A stretch of DNA of 64,000 nt from an uncultured archaeon (GTDB lineage: Archaea; Altiarchaeota; Altiarchaeia; JAFGQM01). The position numbers and the translations under genes are program-made. The stretch lies in NCBI GenBank assembly GCA_964592405.1, contig CAZQBY010000005.1, forward strand, positions 24,703-88,702. The letters run 5' to 3'. The notes beneath the pieces were generated by a model that did no database searches, was not told where the DNA came from, and saw nothing but the letters and a program-made list of their open reading frames with translations. Positions 59,557 through 64,000 of the stretch are shown here, in pieces (the first letter of the stretch is position 1; the number at the start of each line of letters is the position of its first letter).

Positions 59557-62325
59557 ATGGTGGATAAGAAGGGGTTTAGCACCCTGCTCCTCATACTTCT
59601 GGGATTCGTCTTCTTCCTAATAACAGGTATCATAGTTTTCCAAATACAGACAGAGAACGAACAGATAATTGATAGCACTCGCTCACAGACCGGCGAAAGC
59701 AGATTGAATTTCATTGCACAGGCTATCCAGACGGACTTTTACAACACCTTCCTTCAGGGAGAGTTTGAGAATATAGTTGCGACATTCCTTGAAGGAGAGG
59801 AGCACATCATTGACCCGTATAAGACTTTCAAGCAGAACATGGGCGGCAAGCTTGAGCAGTACCTATCTGACGCAGCAAACTCACTTGTGAGAGAGGGAGC
59901 AGCTGCACAGCTCTATGCTGATGCCTATAGTGCTATCCCCACCATTTCATGCACTCCGCGAGAGTCAAGGGGAGGGTCTGCACAGGTCTGGGTAAGGGAA
60001 TCCGAGAATGGTGTTCTGGAACTGACCGGAATGACACTTGGTCAGAAAATATTCTGCATGGACACAGATGAGGACAGCAGCTTGGAAATATTGCTCACAG
60101 CCCGCAACTACTGGCTCTCTACTAGGGCCATAAAGATGCACAATATGGCAGTAAAGGCCATAAAATCGGCCAAGCTACAACTGGACGGGGAAGAAGGTGT
60201 GGCACAGATACTGAGTGGATGGAAACTGGCCAATGATGCAGATGTCAGAAGCCAGTTACTTCACGGGCCTGAGGGCTGGATACAGAAAGTAAGTTTGATA
60301 AGTGCCCTCACGGCAATGGAGGAGGATGGTATAGTTCTCGAGCCACTCAGTGTTAGCATAAGCAATGGGAGGGGTGAGCCATTCACCGCAAATGACATAG
60401 AAAAATTCGTCTGCTATGGCGATGTCAAAAGAGGGGCTGAGGGCATCAGTGAGCCGGCACAAACCTGCCGGCCAGATGATATCGAACTGGTGCTGGGCGA
60501 GGAGCCTCCGCAGGGGGAGAGCAATCTGGTTTCCCTGAACTTCAAACCGGATATGAGTAAAACCAAGTTTAGAATCACCGTGGAAGAGGCCGGGGTGAAG
60601 CTGGAACTGGAAATACCCGGCTTGGTTGAGCTTTTGGGTAAACTGTTAGAAGAAGCACTCACTGAATCATCATCCAGTGGTTATGCCAGATATAGCGGAG
60701 TTACCCACCTCTGCAATGCATTTAGGGGAAAACCCAGCTCGGTGACTATAAGCGGGAGCATATTGGAAACAAAAAAGGAGTTCATACCCCCGGGGATGGG
60801 GGACAATATCATCAGAATGCGCTTCAGGAGCACACCACAGAGCCTGGATACCTCCCAAATAACGAATGATGTTGACTGTGATGATGGCACCCACACGGAT
60901 GTTATAAAACAGAACGTCATAGACATGCTCACCGATGATGGGAAGAGACAATTCCGCTTTAGGGTTGAGAAAGGCCCAGATGGCAAAACGGCGATAAAAC
61001 AGGAAGATATAGATGAGCTACAGAGGCTCATAAATGCAAATCCCATGGTAGCCACCACTGGAGAGAACCGGGTGATTAACCTTCATGGAAGGGTAACTAT
61101 TAAGGGAGAAACTGTCCACCTGACACCATCTAGTGAATCTCCCCGTCTTGGTGGCGGCAGCGCAGGCAGTGAGGGTGGGGCCGGGATTGAGAGCAGTGTT
61201 CTTGGGGGTGAAGAGCAGACAACTCCTGCGGGTCCTGTTGGGGAACCTATCAGTGAGCTGAATAAGATCATGAGGCGGGCCGAGGAAGCCGCTGGGGAGC
61301 TTTCAAGGGCCGGAAGTTTAAAAGGCGCTGAGGCCTTTGGCCGCACGGCCACCGCCGTCTGCAAGCTTATGGGGCTAAGACACTGGATGGATATGGGCGA
61401 TATTGGCAAGGCGCTAATGGCAATGTGCGGAATAGGAAACATCTTTGGAGATGTCGAGACAAAAACCCTTTGTGATCTTGCTGCACTTTATCAGGCAGTG
61501 AACAGCGGCAGTATGCGCACAGTCCTCGCGATGCTTTCAGGTATTCTGAGCAAACAGGGGTTCGATTTTGTGGTGACTGGGGATATGATACAGGCAGCTT
61601 TACAGACCGGGGATGTGGAGAATGTTCTGATGGCTGTCTCAACCGCCGCCAGACTTTCCGGAGACATAGAGACTGCCGATTATCTGGCACAACTCGCCCA
61701 GATTATACATGGTGTCAAAAGCGGCAATGTATTAGGTCTGGTTGCCAATCTCCTCAGCAGACTGGGTGACAATGAGCTGGCAGGTCTCTGGTCGGCATTG
61801 GATGGTATATGGAGAGGGGTACAGAATGGCGACCTTACGGCGGCATTGGGAAGCATGTTAAACTTGGCTAGAAGACTGGGTTATGAGGGCATACTTGCGC
61901 AGGTCATAAATCAGGTGCAGGGACAGTTCAACATGATTCTTGATTGGAGCAATGCCTTGGATGTATGCAGGGGCAAGATACCATGGGATCTGGTATGTAT
62001 GGAACCCAGTATCGGCAGCGCGGTTTGCAAGCCAGAGACTAGACCATGCATAGGTGGTGGCATTGGTAAATTCAGTCACGCCATGCCAAGCCTAGAATTA
62101 CCCAAGCTTTGCAATGATATGTTTTTCAGTTTGGGCTTCCAGATAGACTGTGTCTGCGTTTATGTTTGCACACCTGCGACCGGACCACCTCATAATGAGT
62201 GGTATCCAAGAACAGTACGTGTAGATCTTAATATGGTCATGATGCTCTTGGATGAAGAACTCTACAAACGTGCAATAGGAGCCCATCTTGGTGATCTTTT
62301 GGGTTACTGTAAGATGGATCCATAG
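59557..62325 (+). CDS. Giant protein with a class III signal peptide, helical repeats and a Cys-rich C-terminus
   Basis: MVDKKG|FSTLLLILLGFVFFLITGII; paralogous N-terminal region to 17877-19808; start set to the ATG at 59557. Confidence 0.8.
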   Translation: MVDKKGFSTLLLILLGFVFFLITGIIVFQIQTENEQIIDSTRSQTGESRLNFIAQAIQTDFYNTFLQGEFENIVATFLEGEEHIIDPYKTFKQNMGGKLEQYLSDAANSLVREGAAAQLYADAYSAIPTISCTPRESRGGSAQVWVRESENGVLELTGMTLGQKIFCMDTDEDSSLEILLTARNYWLSTRAIKMHNMAVKAIKSAKLQLDGEEGVAQILSGWKLANDADVRSQLLHGPEGWIQKVSLISALTAMEEDGIVLEPLSVSISNGRGEPFTANDIEKFVCYGDVKRGAEGISEPAQTCRPDDIELVLGEEPPQGESNLVSLNFKPDMSKTKFRITVEEAGVKLELEIPGLVELLGKLLEEALTESSSSGYARYSGVTHLCNAFRGKPSSVTISGSILETKKEFIPPGMGDNIIRMRFRSTPQSLDTSQITNDVDCDDGTHTDVIKQNVIDMLTDDGKRQFRFRVEKGPDGKTAIKQEDIDELQRLINANPMVATTGENRVINLHGRVTIKGETVHLTPSSESPRLGGGSAGSEGGAGIESSVLGGEEQTTPAGPVGEPISELNKIMRRAEEAAGELSRAGSLKGAEAFGRTATAVCKLMGLRHWMDMGDIGKALMAMCGIGNIFGDVETKTLCDLAALYQAVNSGSMRTVLAMLSGILSKQGFDFVVTGDMIQAALQTGDVENVLMAVSTAARLSGDIETADYLAQLAQIIHGVKSGNVLGLVANLLSRLGDNELAGLWSALDGIWRGVQNGDLTAALGSMLNLARRLGYEGILAQVINQVQGQFNMILDWSNALDVCRGKIPWDLVCMEPSIGSAVCKPETRPCIGGGIGKFSHAMPSLELPKLCNDMFFSLGFQIDCVCVYVCTPATGPPHNEWYPRTVRVDLNMVMMLLDEELYKRAIGAHLGDLLGYCKMDP

Positions 62326-62366
62326 ACCATAAAAAGGCGTAGTGGTTATTGATATGAAAGCAAAAA

Positions 62367-63194
62367 ATGAAAGCTTCGGCCGTGCCTAGACTAATGCGCT
62401 TGGAGAACAGCGCAATGGCGGGCGTCGCCGTAGCCATAGGCTTCATTATTGCAGGAGGACTCAAATTAGGGGATGCTGGTTCATGGGTTGGAATAATCCT
62501 TGCAATAGTCTCGGTCTTCATGATAACCGGAGCCGGCAACACAATCAACGATTATTATGACAGAGACGCCGACAGAAAAAATGCGCCGCATCGTCCGATA
62601 CCTTCGGGCGACATCTCTCCAAGGCATGCCCTTTATCTTGCGATGATATTGTTTTTGGCAGGAGTATTCATTTCTTCCTTCATAAACTACGCCTGCTTGG
62701 CATTGGCCGGTTTTAATTCCATATTACTTTTCCTCTATGGACGTAATCTCAAGTCCAGCTTCTTTGTGGGGAATGTGGCAGTATCCTACCTGACAGCCTC
62801 AACATTTATCTACGGCGCCCTCGTTATCCAGAACCCACTACCGACGATATTCCTTGTCCTGCTGGCGTTTCTTGTCAATGTCGGGAGGGAAATGATTGGA
62901 GATGCCGGAGACATAGAGGGTGACAGAAAGGCGGGCATAACGACAATAGCAACCAGACTTGGCATAAGGAAAACATGGTTATACGGGCGCGCATACATAG
63001 TGGCAGCCATACTCCTGAGTCCCATACCTTATCTGACAGGTATAATGGACCTTTATTATGTTGGTCCTGTGCTGATAGCAGATGGTATATTTGTTGTTTC
63101 AATAATTACATCCAGCGCCAAGCTGAATCAACAGTTAACCAAAATAGGCATGTTTATAGGACTTGTGGCATTCCTGCTGGGAGCAGTCCTATAA
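62367..63194 (+). CDS. Digeranylgeranylglyceryl phosphate synthase (UbiA family)
   Basis: GNTINDYYDRDAD...RPIPSG, GREMIGDAGDIEGD and TIA. Confidence 0.9.
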   Translation: MKASAVPRLMRLENSAMAGVAVAIGFIIAGGLKLGDAGSWVGIILAIVSVFMITGAGNTINDYYDRDADRKNAPHRPIPSGDISPRHALYLAMILFLAGVFISSFINYACLALAGFNSILLFLYGRNLKSSFFVGNVAVSYLTASTFIYGALVIQNPLPTIFLVLLAFLVNVGREMIGDAGDIEGDRKAGITTIATRLGIRKTWLYGRAYIVAAILLSPIPYLTGIMDLYYVGPVLIADGIFVVSIITSSAKLNQQLTKIGMFIGLVAFLLGAVL

Positions 63195-63809
63195 GTGGGT
63201 ATCGACCACCTCTTGTATTCTTTTCTGCACGTGTTCCACCCTTCCGGCATTGCTGATAACTTTCCAGATCCTCCCGGGCTTGCTCAGTTTTGTCCGCTCC
63301 CCGTAAGCCAGACTCAGGAGCTTTTTCTGAACCTTTTTCTGGAAGTTGAGCACCTCAAACACTTCCTTTTCCTTGTGGCTCATCCTCGCTAGGGCCTTCT
63401 CTGAGGCAACCTCAAGAACTATGACCAGATCAGGTTCCGGAACAAAAGAGTTCATCTGGGATATCCAGTTGTCGCTGACTCCCTGGACTGACTGATAGGC
63501 GATGGTGGAATAGTAATATCTGTCTGATATCACAATACCGCCGTTCTCAAGGGCAGGCCTTATCACCTTGTCCACGTGCTCAGCCCTGTCCGCTGTGAAC
63601 AGGAGGGTGAGGGTTTCCGGTGAAACCTTTATCCTGCCTGAGAGTATCATGCGTATGGCCTGTCCTATAAAACCATTGGTGGGTTCCTGGGTGAGAACAA
63701 CCTTGTATCCCCTCTTCTCCAGATATTCTGCCAGCAGGCCAGCATGTGTCGACTTGCCACTCCCATCCGCTCCTTCCAAGACTATCAACTTTCCGGTTCT
63801 TATGCCCAT
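63189..63809 (-). CDS. tmk: Thymidylate kinase
   Basis: LEGADGSGKST, EPT, LFTADR, SDRYYYSTIAYQ and PDL. Confidence 0.96.
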   Translation of the reverse strand: MGIRTGKLIVLEGADGSGKSTHAGLLAEYLEKRGYKVVLTQEPTNGFIGQAIRMILSGRIKVSPETLTLLFTADRAEHVDKVIRPALENGGIVISDRYYYSTIAYQSVQGVSDNWISQMNSFVPEPDLVIVLEVASEKALARMSHKEKEVFEVLNFQKKVQKKLLSLAYGERTKLSKPGRIWKVISNAGRVEHVQKRIQEVVDTHL

Positions 63810-63834
63810 TTAATTCACGCCAACTTAATTTTTA

Positions 63835-63842
63835 TTTATAAA
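63835..63842 (+). promoter_or_regulatory. Putative TATA box (TTTATAAA) in the divergent tmk / downstream-gene intergenic region
   Basis: Archaeal TATA consensus in an AT-rich intergenic region. Confidence 0.45.
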
Positions 63843-63949
63843 GCTAAAATATAGCACTCTAACAGCCTTCACTCCAGAGAACCTGCAGTGGGGCTGCTTT
63901 TTATTTCATCCCTTTTTATTTTATTCATCTAAAATATAGGGAGACAAAA

Positions 63950-64000
63950 ATGGGCAAAGCAAAGATGTTCGGTGGAGCTGCTGTAGTGTTCGGCTTGATA
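63950..64000 (+). CDS. 5' fragment of a probable secreted or membrane protein
   Basis: GGAG upstream of the ATG at 63950; MGKAKMFGGAAVVFGLI is signal-like; runs off the window. Confidence 0.55.
   Translation, partial: MGKAKMFGGAAVVFGLI

Overview
A gene-dense archaeal chromosome segment with about 60 CDS. Archaeal markers include Cdc6/Orc1, CDC48, PolB, SRP54, Taw1, GGGP and DGGGP synthases, archaemetzincin and an archaeosortase-like protein. The Cys-motif TadA-like ATPase, giant class-III-signal proteins and orphan ORFs suggest a DPANN-like lineage; this is an inference, not a tested placement. The organism is nevertheless biosynthetically capable (pyrC-carAB-pyrBI, argF/G/H, hom, purE/D, SepRS) and has bacterial-type gyrase. 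Non-coding genes are tRNA-Ile, tRNA-Thr, tRNA-iMet, an intron-containing tRNA-Ser(GGA), an SRP RNA that appears to lack helix 6, and a dual-guide C/D box sRNA. The most unusual structure is at 16980-17510: six hairpin units, each closed by the tRNA-Ser acceptor stem (GCCGAGG...CCTCGGC) with a variable inner hairpin, separated by 22-26 nt spacers, with the real tRNA-Ser embedded as one unit. Also notable are two paralogous giant pilin-like proteins (one beside a TadA-like ATPase and an archaeosortase), two divergent argG genes, and a 49-nt perfect repeat between the two CDC48 ATPase domains. No CRISPR array, transposase or integrase was seen. All assignments come from manual motif recognition; no searches were run.
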